Source: Patescibacteria group bacterium
GTDB lineage: Bacteria; Patescibacteriota; Minisyncoccia; Sungbacterales; JBBTQR01
NCBI GenBank assembly: GCA_038065595.1
Contig: JBBTQR010000011.1
Coordinates: 1 to 34,544 of the forward strand
Direction: 5' to 3'
Length of the DNA: 34,544 nucleotides
This document shows positions 9,260 through 18,761 of this stretch, in pieces; position 1 is the first letter of the stretch, and each line of letters starts with the position of its first letter. The notes under the pieces are model-generated. The model worked only from the letters and a program-made list of their open reading frames with translations. It made no database searches and had not been told where the DNA came from. The translations under genes were made by a program, and so were the position numbers.

Positions 9260-10198
9260 ATGAAATCTTTTATACAAACGCATATAGTTTATCTGGGGGT
9301 TTTTATTTTTCTACCCGCATTCTTCTTTGTGAATGTTCCGTCAGCGAGCGCGGCAACGTATTTTGTCAGACCGTGCTCTTCTGATGGCGATTGTGTTAAC
9401 TATATTTACAATTTAACTTTGAATGAAAGCACATATTCGCTCAATGAAGATATTGTAGCCACTGGAACTTTACTACAAGGAGTATGTCTAAATAGAGTGA
9501 AGATAGGTTCTGATTTAACTGCGCTCAATAATCGGTCGGGCAGTTCTCTAAAAGTGTTTAGTCGTACTTCCTACGCCAACTGGGGCGAAACAGGGACGGT
9601 AACATTTAAAGCGGGAGCCGGACCTTCTCCGGTTACTTCCAGCGTTACTTTTAGTGCGACAGCGGCCTTTGGAAAAGACAGTTTAGTTAAATACACGATA
9701 GCTACTATTCCTTACCGTGTCTCCGCTTCTGCCTCTACAGTAAAAGTAAATGGGGGCCTTTCAGACTGGTCGCCATGTTCTGATCAATGCGACCAGACAA
9801 GAAGCTGCACCAACCCTCCTCCTTCAAACGGGGGTGCTGCCTGCAGCGGTCAAACAGTACGGAGCTGTACTGGCGGGGCATGCAAATTGACACCTACACC
9901 TACACCTACACCAATTCCCGCACCTACCGCCTCTATAAACTCCTCTTCAAGCAATGTATCACAAGGCGATTCCACAACAATATCGTGGAACGCCACTAAT
10001 GTGAATTCCTGCACCATCACCAGGAACGGCGTGCTATGGCAAACAATTCCCGCCGATGCTTCTGGCGCGGTATCCGGTTCTAGTTCCGATACCATCAACA
10101 ACCAAACCGCATATGTCATTTCTTGTACGAATAGCGCAGGCGAAGCAATTACAGCCACAAGGACCGTCCGCGTTATCTTGATATTCAAAGAATTATAA
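9260..10198 (+). CDS. Secreted surface protein with a thrombospondin type-1 repeat, a PT linker and a C-terminal Ig/PKD-like domain
   Basis: Signal peptide ending ASA; VNGGLSDWSPCSDQCDQTRSCTNPPPSNGGAACSG matches the TSR pattern; (TP)n linker; TISWNATNVNSC beta-sandwich. Confidence 0.8.
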   Translation: MKSFIQTHIVYLGVFIFLPAFFFVNVPSASAATYFVRPCSSDGDCVNYIYNLTLNESTYSLNEDIVATGTLLQGVCLNRVKIGSDLTALNNRSGSSLKVFSRTSYANWGETGTVTFKAGAGPSPVTSSVTFSATAAFGKDSLVKYTIATIPYRVSASASTVKVNGGLSDWSPCSDQCDQTRSCTNPPPSNGGAACSGQTVRSCTGGACKLTPTPTPTPIPAPTASINSSSSNVSQGDSTTISWNATNVNSCTITRNGVLWQTIPADASGAVSGSSSDTINNQTAYVISCTNSAGEAITATRTVRVILIFKEL

Positions 10199-10254
10199 TC
10201 CCGCGCTTTTTACTAAAAGGCTCGGACTAATTCAAAAATGCAGCGTATCGTAGA

Positions 10255-10280
10255 AAAAAACGGCTTAACGCCGTTTTTTG
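10255..10280. repeat. Copy 2 of the 26-bp palindromic direct repeat AAAAAACGGCTTAACGCCGTTTTTTG (also terminator-like)
   Basis: Identical to 7619-7644. Confidence 0.85.
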
Positions 10281-10316
10281 ATTTGCTCAAAAAATAAAAC
10301 TCTTTATACTGGAATA

Positions 10317-10577
10317 ATGTCAGACTATTCTCCAAACCTTCTATCGCCTGGCGACGAAGCAGATCAGCGCGAAGCGCTGATTGATACGCCTGTAGCTTCT
10401 TTAGCTTCATCAAATTCTAATTTTGAAGAAGAATACAGCGGGAACTCAAAATTGGTTACTTTTTTAATCGCGCATTCTGGCGGATACATAAAAAACGAGG
10501 ATCAGGCAAACTACTTTGGTGTTGGCGCAGCAATTTTCGTTATCATAATCTCAATCATCATCGCGCTAAGCGCATAA
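10317..10577 (+). CDS. Small membrane protein, hypothetical
   Basis: ATG 10317 lies just after TATACT (10305-10310). Acidic N-terminus, SGGYIKNEDQA motif and a C-terminal TM helix. Confidence 0.6.
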   Translation: MSDYSPNLLSPGDEADQREALIDTPVASLASSNSNFEEEYSGNSKLVTFLIAHSGGYIKNEDQANYFGVGAAIFVIIISIIIALSA

Positions 10578-10579
10578 AA

Positions 10580-10601
10580 AATCCCTTCGCATGAAGGGAT
10601 T
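10580..10601. terminator. Hairpin between convergent genes
   Basis: AATCCCTTC-GCAT-GAAGGGATT with a flanking A-run (U-tail on the minus strand). Confidence 0.65.
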
Positions 10602-11790
10602 AAAGATTTTTAAGATAGCGCTGAATATCACTATCAAGGTTTTTGTATGCGTTAGAATCTGCGCGGTATTCTTCAATATCCGGCAAATAACGAAGGTTGT
10701 ACTTCTCAATATTGCCAAGATAATTTTCCACATCTTGCGTGTCTTGAATTTTGTGAAATTCAACAGCATCAGGGCTTGTGATAGAGAGTGTTCCAAGATC
10801 TTTGTGGATGGTCATCGGACGAAAAATAAAAAGGTTTTTCCCATTTGTTTTTGCACTGCGTTGAGATTTTACAAGACCCTCAGAAAGCAACTTATGATTA
10901 TTAACGACTGCCTGCTCAAGTAAATCCTCAATCAGGGTACCGCGTGTCCGTTCTAATCGCGCCGGCGTATTCAAAAAAACAAATACCGTATCGCACTGGG
11001 CGTGAAAAGCAACTTCAATCGGCAAAGGGTCCGCAATGTCACCGTCTTCATATTCTATGTTGTCAATTTTTACCATCTCAAAAAATGGATATAGTGCAGC
11101 CGAAGCCAAAACACACTGAAATATACGATCTGGATGCATTCCGGAATCATGATTAGAAAAAATAACCTGTTTCCTATTACTGAATCGTAATGTACTAATT
11201 GAAAGCTCAACGGGGCTATCTATAACTTTTTGAAAATCAATCCTCTTCCGAACGATTGTAAGAAGCGGAGATGGATCAAAAAAAGCCTTTGAGCTAATTC
11301 CAAAGAAATGATTTATGACATCTCCGATTTTTTTTGAACTAGCTGGTAGCCTGCCGTTAAAAAGAACATGTGTGCCAGTCCAAAAGAGCCGACCGACAAA
11401 ACAAACAAAATTCATTAAATTCAATAATTGATTTTGGCAGTCGTCAAAAAGCTCTCTCCAACTTCCATGTCGATGAAATGGAGAATGGGGAAGAAAGCGC
11501 TTTAATTTTTCTTCAAGAATTGGATGCACAACATAGAACCACTCTCCGAGCATGAGCACTTCTTCCCAGACGCGCCACAGTTTTTGTGCACCTTGATAGC
11601 TGGGATTTTCAGCAAGGGCGATTGCGTTATACGCGCCAACCGAACTCGCTGTTATGTGTGAGAGCTTAAGACCGCGCTCTTCAAGCCACTTCATAAAAAC
11701 AAGAAGTTGAATTGCTTGAAGCAGACCTTTGTAACCGCCTCCGCACAGAACAATGCCAATCTTTCCCAAATGCGCATAGGTAATATTCAT
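10600..11790 (-). CDS. Patatin-like phospholipase
   Basis: Oxyanion motif LCGGGYKG, nucleophile elbow ASSVG (variant of GxSxG), LASAALYPFF, and catalytic Asp in YEDGD. Confidence 0.85.
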   Translation of the reverse strand: MNITYAHLGKIGIVLCGGGYKGLLQAIQLLVFMKWLEERGLKLSHITASSVGAYNAIALAENPSYQGAQKLWRVWEEVLMLGEWFYVVHPILEEKLKRFLPHSPFHRHGSWRELFDDCQNQLLNLMNFVCFVGRLFWTGTHVLFNGRLPASSKKIGDVINHFFGISSKAFFDPSPLLTIVRKRIDFQKVIDSPVELSISTLRFSNRKQVIFSNHDSGMHPDRIFQCVLASAALYPFFEMVKIDNIEYEDGDIADPLPIEVAFHAQCDTVFVFLNTPARLERTRGTLIEDLLEQAVVNNHKLLSEGLVKSQRSAKTNGKNLFIFRPMTIHKDLGTLSITSPDAVEFHKIQDTQDVENYLGNIEKYNLRYLPDIEEYRADSNAYKNLDSDIQRYLKNL

Positions 11791-11892
11791 AACGCACCAT
11801 CAGAAAAATTGTTAAAGAAACTAACTATTATATTATCCGTAGTATACAAGTATTTTAAAAATTTTTGCAACCCCAAAAAAATATCCGTTCTA

Positions 11893-11921
11893 TTGTAAAA
11901 ATCCAATATGCATTGTATAAC
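11893..11921 (+). promoter_or_regulatory. Sigma70-like promoter of the GDPD-oxidase operon
   Basis: TTGTAA-17 bp-TATAAC, followed by a boxA-like 12-mer (11935-11946) and the SD GAGGA. Confidence 0.55.
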
Positions 11922-11956
11922 GCAATAGGCAAAAGAACCTTAAAAAACGAGGATTT

Positions 11957-12688
11957 GTGTTAAAACTTGGACATCGAGGAGCTCCCGGATACCCACGGCG
12001 CTTTGAAAATACAATGATCTCATTTCAGCGAGCGCTATGGCTCGGAGCTGATGGCTTTGAGCTTGATGTACGGCGATGCAAAACAGAACTCGTCGTGTTT
12101 CACGATGCAACGATTGAACGGATGACCAACGGACTCTCAAAAATAGCGCTTGCGGATTTTGAGCACGCAGAGTTGAATAACCGTATATCCAAAATGCGTG
12201 GAGTTTTTCAAAAATTTCGCATTCCATCACTCTTTGAAGTTCTATTAACTTTTGGAAGCAGGTGTCTCATAAACATAGAAATAAAAGAGTGCGGTCTTAC
12301 GGAAGATATTTTGTGGCTCGTGCGAAAAATCGGACTTCAACGAACTGTCATTGTTTCGTGTTTTGACAAAACCCTTGAACACGCTGACGAGATTAATTCG
12401 CCATCGTGGAATGATTTAAAAGATTTTTCGCCTTTTGTCCAAACGGGGCTCATTGCAAACGGCGATATTGTTAAAAGAATGGGAAATGACTATATCGCGC
12501 GCGCAAAAGAGCTTGGAGCTTCGGCGATTCATCCTCATTATTCGGCAATAAGCGGAAAACTAATGCGAAATGCAAAAGTAGCAGGACTTACTGTAAATGC
12601 GTGGACGGTTAATAATAGATTTGCAATCTGGAAAATGCGCATGCTGAATGTGCACGGTATTATTTCTGACTTTCCGGAACGATTGTAG
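11957..12688 (+). CDS. Glycerophosphodiester phosphodiesterase (GlpQ/UgpQ family), cytoplasmic
   Basis: GHRGA, ENT, FELDV, VFHD, NIEIK, WTVN and IISDFP motifs; GTG start. Confidence 0.93.
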   Translation: MLKLGHRGAPGYPRRFENTMISFQRALWLGADGFELDVRRCKTELVVFHDATIERMTNGLSKIALADFEHAELNNRISKMRGVFQKFRIPSLFEVLLTFGSRCLINIEIKECGLTEDILWLVRKIGLQRTVIVSCFDKTLEHADEINSPSWNDLKDFSPFVQTGLIANGDIVKRMGNDYIARAKELGASAIHPHYSAISGKLMRNAKVAGLTVNAWTVNNRFAIWKMRMLNVHGIISDFPERL

Positions 12689-12696
12689 GAGGAACT

Positions 12697-13875
12697 ATGC
12701 ACGACTATTACGATGTGTGCGTTATTGGGGCTGGGGTTGTTGGTTCTGCAATTGCCAGAGAACTTGCAACAGAAAACTTCAATGAAAAATTTTCCATCAT
12801 CGTGTTAGACGCAAAAAAATGTCCGGGCGGAGAAACAAGTTTGAATAACAGTGGCGTTCTTCACTCAGGACTTCATGAAAAACGGGGATCATTAAAAGCA
12901 CGGCTCGCGCATGAAGGATCCCGTCTTGCGCGTAATTTTGCCGAAGAACACAATGTTCCAATACGGCACACGGGAATGCTGATAGCAATCCCAAAAGGCG
13001 CGATATTAGGCGGTCTCTGGAAAGAGTGGCGGACACTTTGGAGACTTTGGCGCAATGGACAGGCGCAAAACATACCGATTGAATTTCTTGCGCCGTATGG
13101 CATTCACACCAAAGAACCAAACATACGGGCGTGTGCGGGAATCTTTATGAAGGATGTGTGGGTTGTGGATTCACGGGCATTCGTAGAAGCGCTTACTAAA
13201 TCTGCGATTCTACGCAAAGTTGAATTTCAATTCAACCAAACCGTTATTGCAATCAAAAAGTGTGAACGCGAATTTGTTATTACCACATCGCACGGAATTA
13301 TCCGCGCAAAAGCAATAATCAATGCGGCAGGACTCTACGCGGATGATATTGCGAATATGGCGCTTTGTGAAAAACGATATCAAATCTATCCGTGGCGTGG
13401 AGAATACTATGAAATAGTAAATCCAAAAAAAAGAAACTTGGTTAATGGACTTGTATATCCGGCGCTCCCTGAAAATTCGGCGGGGAAAGGAATTCATTTC
13501 AGTCCACGGCCAAACGGCAGAATGTTTTTAGGACCAAACACAGTACCGCTTGAACAAAAAAATGATTATGCGATGAATAAAACACCGCCCGACATTTTCC
13601 TTGATGCGGCACGAAAATTTCTTCCCGAGCTTGAAGCAAGTGATATTGAATGGAGCTATTCTGGAATCCGCCCAAAATTATCGCGCGAACTTCACGAAGA
13701 AGATTTCTGTATATCTATTGATTCAAAAAATCCACTATTAATAAATTGTGTGGGAATAGAATCCCCTGGTTTATCTGCGGGCATGGGAATCGCAAAATAT
13801 ATATGCGCGCTTCCCCTCGTTTACAGAACGCTTGACCATATTGAAGAAAAAAACATCCCTCACGAATTATCGTGA
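12697..13875 (+). CDS. FAD-dependent oxidoreductase of the LhgO / glycerol-3-phosphate oxidase (GlpO/GlpA N-domain) family
   Basis: GAGVVG, ETSLNNSGVLHSG, INAAGLYAD, RGEY, GIRP and GIESPGL. SD AGGAGG; 8 bp downstream of the GDPD gene. Confidence 0.82.
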   Translation: MHDYYDVCVIGAGVVGSAIARELATENFNEKFSIIVLDAKKCPGGETSLNNSGVLHSGLHEKRGSLKARLAHEGSRLARNFAEEHNVPIRHTGMLIAIPKGAILGGLWKEWRTLWRLWRNGQAQNIPIEFLAPYGIHTKEPNIRACAGIFMKDVWVVDSRAFVEALTKSAILRKVEFQFNQTVIAIKKCEREFVITTSHGIIRAKAIINAAGLYADDIANMALCEKRYQIYPWRGEYYEIVNPKKRNLVNGLVYPALPENSAGKGIHFSPRPNGRMFLGPNTVPLEQKNDYAMNKTPPDIFLDAARKFLPELEASDIEWSYSGIRPKLSRELHEEDFCISIDSKNPLLINCVGIESPGLSAGMGIAKYICALPLVYRTLDHIEEKNIPHELS

Positions 13876-13884
13876 GGGATTTTT
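13855..13884 (+). terminator. Intrinsic terminator overlapping the stop codon
   Basis: ATCCCTCACGA-ATTA-TCGTGAGGGAT followed by TTTT. Confidence 0.7.
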
Positions 13885-13998
13885 ATTACCTAGTGAAAAT
13901 CGGGAAGCGTATACTGCTGTATCCGCTTCCGAAGTCAAAGCTTCGGGGAAGCTTTGACGAGAAATTTAGAGAACTTCGACTCTCGTAATTCAATGAAA

Positions 13999-15906
13999 TT
14001 AAATATCCACGCCCCCCTTTTTCAGTTCGGATAAAATCCCTTCCTCCAGCCATGCGATTTTACCACTAACAATCGCTTCGGCAAGAAAGCTTATCTTTTT
14101 ATGGCTACCGTGTACAATCCATTTATTTCCCGACATTTTTTCTTCTCCATACATTTCTTCTCGCGTTTTGTGACAAAAAAAGTCTGCGAGTTCCCACACA
14201 AATTGTTTTTCAGGATGAGATACGGCGTATGAAAGCACGAGTGCCATGCGCCACAGATTCATAGCGCGTTCATTAAGCTGACGACCAATGCAATGCTGAT
14301 TACGCAAATCGATTCCATACCGCATACCTGCTCGAATTGTATTGAGAGCCAATCGATACGCCTCTCTGCGAATAAAAAGCCGGTGTACAAACGCCTCCCT
14401 CTGTTGTGTCGTAGTCGAAAGCATACTATCAACAAAAGCAAAAAATATTCGCGTAAAAAAATATCCACAAAGAGACCTCACCGCAATCGGTAGCACAGAT
14501 AACGCACCTGCCATCCGCTTAAGCCATCCAATACTGGAATCCTGCATGATCATGTACGCGCGGAGATATTCTTTGGACCCCTCCTTTTGAATGAGCTGTT
14601 GCATGATCGCGTTTGTACCTTCAAAATTCTTATTCACCCACGCATCACGCATATGCCGTTCCACAGAAACAGGGATCTCACCGCGAGCTTTCTGAGAATT
14701 ATAAGTTTCAAATCCAATACCGCCAAAAACCCGCATGAGCGCGTCAACCGATGCCCACAAATCTTCGGTGATAAGAAATTTAGCAGCATTCGTTTCAATC
14801 TCAATATTGATTCCACGATCTGCAAGATCATAGCAGTGCTGAAGAATTGTTTCTCCGGCAAATGTGGCGCATGCCATATTCACCAGATCTTTGGCAACAT
14901 CTTGGTGCCTATAGATTGGCTTTCGCCACTGCACGCGTTCACGGCACCGCCACCGCACCTTCTGAAGGGTCTGCTTAAGACAGCCAAGACACAACGCAGG
15001 CAAACCGATGCGCGCGGCATCAAGGCATTTTTTAACATTGGCAAATCCGTCTCCCTCAACGCCGATTAAGTTTTCCGCCGGAATATTCACATCATTGAAT
15101 TCGGACAATCCATTGTAAATGGCGCGATACCCCATGAAGTGACAGCGCTGTTTAGGAGCGAAGCCCGCCACATCGGTCGGTACGATAAAAAGACCATACC
15201 GCCTGGAATTATGTTCATCCTTTTTAATGCGTGCAAACACAGCCACATATTCGGCAAGCGCTACCCCGTCTGCCTTAATCAGACATGTGGTATACAGCTT
15301 GTGTCCATTGAGAATGTAGCCAACAATTTTCTTGCTATCGTCGTATATTCTCGTGGCAACAGTTTCGACTCGCGTTGGATCAGAGCCAGCTTGGCGCTCT
15401 GTAAGGGCAAATGCGGACATCTTTCCGTTTGCGAGTTCCCGCAGATATTTTTCCTGCTGGGCTCTCGTTCCAATCTTCATTATTGGCGTTGCGATACCAA
15501 GCGAATTAGGAGGCGAGATTAAACAGCTCACGCTTCCGTCCCATCCGCCTATCAATGTCATAACTCGTCCGTAATTCGCAGAAGAAAATTCAAGCCCTCC
15601 ATAGCGTTTCCAAATTTTAAGAGCAAAAGCCCCCATCTTTCTAAGTTCGGCAATTATCTCATCGGGAATTTCGCCTTCCATGTCAATTTTATTTGGATCA
15701 ACGCGTTCCCATAGCAAAGTTTTAAACGATTCTATCCACGGATCAGCACGTTTTTTATCTTCCTCCGATTGCTCTGGAAAATCCTTCAAAAGATCAAACC
15801 GCGCTCTTCCTAAATACAATTCTGCAAGAAAATTGCGATTAGTCGAGGCGTCCTCTCCGACCAAACGCAATGTTTCGCGAAGCTCATCAATGTCGCTTTG
15901 TGACAT
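13999..15906 (-). CDS. Acyl-CoA dehydrogenase, long (VLCAD/FadE-like) form
   Basis: YGGL, AFALTERQAGSD, LNGHKLY, R.QW.KPI, FGGIGF, MRDA and catalytic FEGTN; C-terminal extension; SD GAGGA. Confidence 0.9.
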   Translation of the reverse strand: MSQSDIDELRETLRLVGEDASTNRNFLAELYLGRARFDLLKDFPEQSEEDKKRADPWIESFKTLLWERVDPNKIDMEGEIPDEIIAELRKMGAFALKIWKRYGGLEFSSANYGRVMTLIGGWDGSVSCLISPPNSLGIATPIMKIGTRAQQEKYLRELANGKMSAFALTERQAGSDPTRVETVATRIYDDSKKIVGYILNGHKLYTTCLIKADGVALAEYVAVFARIKKDEHNSRRYGLFIVPTDVAGFAPKQRCHFMGYRAIYNGLSEFNDVNIPAENLIGVEGDGFANVKKCLDAARIGLPALCLGCLKQTLQKVRWRCRERVQWRKPIYRHQDVAKDLVNMACATFAGETILQHCYDLADRGINIEIETNAAKFLITEDLWASVDALMRVFGGIGFETYNSQKARGEIPVSVERHMRDAWVNKNFEGTNAIMQQLIQKEGSKEYLRAYMIMQDSSIGWLKRMAGALSVLPIAVRSLCGYFFTRIFFAFVDSMLSTTTQQREAFVHRLFIRREAYRLALNTIRAGMRYGIDLRNQHCIGRQLNERAMNLWRMALVLSYAVSHPEKQFVWELADFFCHKTREEMYGEEKMSGNKWIVHGSHKKISFLAEAIVSGKIAWLEEGILSELKKGGVDI

Positions 15907-16061
15907 ATTTTCCTCGCTTGTTACAATATATAAAATGACAAGATACTACATATCTCATATCGCTTATTGAGAAAAAAATCAATAGTTACCGCGTCGCGTT
16001 CCAACAACTAATCACAGAAGAAAGTATCCGCGCGTTTTTTGAACAACGGGATAAACAAAAA

Positions 16062-16092
16062 CCCACACAGACATTTGTGTGGGCGTTTTTTT
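16062..16092. terminator. Terminator hairpin after thiolase 1
   Basis: CCCACACA...TGTGTGGG flanked by an A-run and a T-run. Confidence 0.6.
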
Positions 16093-16100
16093 ACATTCGT

Positions 16101-17261
16101 TCAAATTCGTTCAATGACGCACGCAGTCGATTCGCCTCCCGCGGCGCATATTGCAACAACGCCAAAACGCAGACTCTCACTCTTAAGAAGAATAGTGAGA
16201 AGCATTACGAGAAGTACTGCGCCTGTAGCGCCAAACGGATGCCCACACGCGATGGCACCGCCCCACGGATTTACCATTTCACGCGGTATATTAAATGTTT
16301 TAATAAAATGAATCGGCGAAGGAGCAAACGCTTCATTTATTAGAAATGTATCAACATCTTTAATTGAAACACCCGCGGACAAAAGTGCTTTTTGGATCGC
16401 GCCGTTTGGAGCGGTAATAAAACTTTCAGGGTTGCCTTCGCTATAACTTTCTATGGAACGAATTATAGCGAGCGGTCTAAAACCGTGAATTTTAACCGCC
16501 TCAAGAGACGCAAGCGCTACAAACGCCGCCGCATCGCCGTACTTTGATGCGTGTGCGGGCGTAATTATTTCACAGCCCGACATCGGATCAACTTTTTGTA
16601 ACATCGCAAGCGACCGCGCTTTATCTACTCCTTCATCATGCGTCAGTATTGGCGTAGAAGCGCCAGAAAGATATATCGGAACAATAAACCGCCCATGATC
16701 ATTTTTATGATAACGCGCCCATGAGTAACTTTGCGATGCGTAAAGATCCAATTCGTAACGGCTGATACCCAACGCCCGCGCCTTACTATCGGCAAGCATC
16801 GCCATATTCTTGCCAGTCTCTGGACTTGTGAGAACGGCAACAACATCAGAATCAAAATTGCGGCTCATCATGTCAACGCCACCCGCAATCGCACAATCGC
16901 TCCGTCCAAGCATTATCTCTTCCGTTGCATCCTCGATTGCGATAAGACCCGTTGCACACGCGCCCTCGAGCGTAAGCGCGTTAATGCGCCGTTTGCGTTC
17001 TGTTCGTCCGGCCATAAGAATATGCTTTGCCGGCGCGTGAAAACTGGTCGGCTCGGTCTTCTGAGAAATAAGCGAACCCAAACGAAACATATCTACTGCG
17101 GTATGCGGAATTCCAAAACTAAAAAGATTATCGTATACAGCGCCAGCGAGTTCATGCGGTGCCAACGAAGAAATACAGCTCGTATTCTTTTTGCCATCTG
17201 TGCCGCGTTTTACTGAAGCGATTGGGGAACGAGAAGCTCCAACAATAAACACATCTTTCAT
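16101..17261 (-). CDS. Thiolase (acetyl-CoA C-acyltransferase) 1
   Basis: GACATG (nucleophile Cys), INEAF, GGAIACGHPFGATG and ICAAGG. ATG 17261 follows the SD GGAGG. Confidence 0.88.
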   Translation of the reverse strand: MKDVFIVGASRSPIASVKRGTDGKKNTSCISSLAPHELAGAVYDNLFSFGIPHTAVDMFRLGSLISQKTEPTSFHAPAKHILMAGRTERKRRINALTLEGACATGLIAIEDATEEIMLGRSDCAIAGGVDMMSRNFDSDVVAVLTSPETGKNMAMLADSKARALGISRYELDLYASQSYSWARYHKNDHGRFIVPIYLSGASTPILTHDEGVDKARSLAMLQKVDPMSGCEIITPAHASKYGDAAAFVALASLEAVKIHGFRPLAIIRSIESYSEGNPESFITAPNGAIQKALLSAGVSIKDVDTFLINEAFAPSPIHFIKTFNIPREMVNPWGGAIACGHPFGATGAVLLVMLLTILLKSESLRFGVVAICAAGGESTACVIERI

Positions 17262-17455
17262 GGCACCCTCCAAAATATTAAATTATCAAAAAACAAGATT
17301 CTATCAGAACCATACACCATAGTTAGAAAAAATTGCAAGACAATGTGGTAATGCGCACACACATGTGGCGGTTTTCGAATAAACTCCGAGAACGAGCATG
17401 CACATGGTTGAAACAATATAAAAAAGGCCACCCTCATCGGGCGGCACAACATAAT

Positions 17456-18622
17456 TTATACCATTTCAAATATCATAGCCGTCGCCTCGCTAATAGCATT
17501 ACATACAACGACAATTCCGTAACGCTTTTTCATCTTCCTGCATATCATGATATTTTTTACAGCAAGACATCCGCCAGTCGCTCCGATTGGATGCCCGTGC
17601 GCGATGGCACCGCCACATGGATTTATTTTTTCGTGCGGTACGCCACATTTTTTCATCACATAAAGGCTCGAGGTCGGAAAAGCTTCATTGATTTCCCAGT
17701 AATCAATCTCGTCTGCTTGTAATCCCGCCACAGCAAGAGCTTTTATAGCCGCTCCAGCAGGGGCAATGATAAAATCTTTTGGGTCTTCTTCGCTATGTTC
17801 AGCAAAAGCAACAATGCGAGCAAGTGGTCGGAGATTTTTTTCACGAACCGCGTTTTCCGACGCAAGCATAAGAAAAGCCGCCGCGTCGCCATATTTTGCA
17901 GAATTGAGAACGGTCATAATCTTGCATCCGGGATAAGGACGAATCTTTGACAAAACCTTGAGTCGATTGCCGTATTTTTCGATCTCCGTGTCATAGGTAA
18001 GAACCGGCATTTCGACACCAAGAAGACGAATTGGCACAAGCGCGTGATCATGCGCAGTTGCCTTCGCACGCTCATATGACGCAAGCGCACACGCGTCATG
18101 CGCCTCCCGTCCAAAGCCGTCTCCAAGCTCTAAAGCTTTTTGATCGGCGAGTTGCGCCATCAGCTTCCCCGTGGTCGGATCAGTAAGGCCGTTTAAAATA
18201 ACGCCATTTGCTTGTCGGCTCATCATGTCAACACCGCCAGCAATCGCAATCTCTGCTTTTCCAATTATAATCTTTTTTGCCGCACACCAAATTGACACGA
18301 GTCCAGTCGAACACGCTTTCTCAACTGTTCGAGCAATAACAGGTATGTTCTGCCCTAATGTTGCACGACGAAAAACAAACTTTGCAGGGGCTTGATACAT
18401 AGACCGTTCAACTTTTTGAGATATTGCGGAACCCATAAAAAAGAATTGAATATTCATGGGATCAATCGAGCTTTCCCGTATCAGGTGTCGCAGTACCTGC
18501 TCCCCTAATTCAACCGGAGATAAAGAACTGATTACGCTTGTATTCACAATTTCATCAGTATTGCCTGCCTGTACCGAAGCAATGGGCGAACGAGCAGTGC
18601 CAACAACATAGACAGCGTTCAT
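17456..18622 (-). CDS. Thiolase 2 (paralog of thiolase 1)
   Basis: KACSTG, EINEAF, GGAIAHGHPIGATG and VCNAIS. ATG 18622 follows the SD GGAGG. Confidence 0.88.
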   Translation of the reverse strand: MNAVYVVGTARSPIASVQAGNTDEIVNTSVISSLSPVELGEQVLRHLIRESSIDPMNIQFFFMGSAISQKVERSMYQAPAKFVFRRATLGQNIPVIARTVEKACSTGLVSIWCAAKKIIIGKAEIAIAGGVDMMSRQANGVILNGLTDPTTGKLMAQLADQKALELGDGFGREAHDACALASYERAKATAHDHALVPIRLLGVEMPVLTYDTEIEKYGNRLKVLSKIRPYPGCKIMTVLNSAKYGDAAAFLMLASENAVREKNLRPLARIVAFAEHSEEDPKDFIIAPAGAAIKALAVAGLQADEIDYWEINEAFPTSSLYVMKKCGVPHEKINPCGGAIAHGHPIGATGGCLAVKNIMICRKMKKRYGIVVVCNAISEATAMIFEMV

Positions 18623-18761
18623 AAAGCCTCCGTTTACAGCGTGTAAATGATCTATTACTATAAGTAGCAAATTTCAGAAAAAAAACAAACAAAAAACACG
18701 GGCAGCGCCTTGTACGCGTTTTCCCGTGTTTGATATAAAAGTTTTTTCGCTTTATATCAAA

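Noticed and set aside
9890-9930. ACACCT tandem repeat
   Set aside because: It simply encodes the Thr-Pro linker; not CRISPR or a phase-variation tract.
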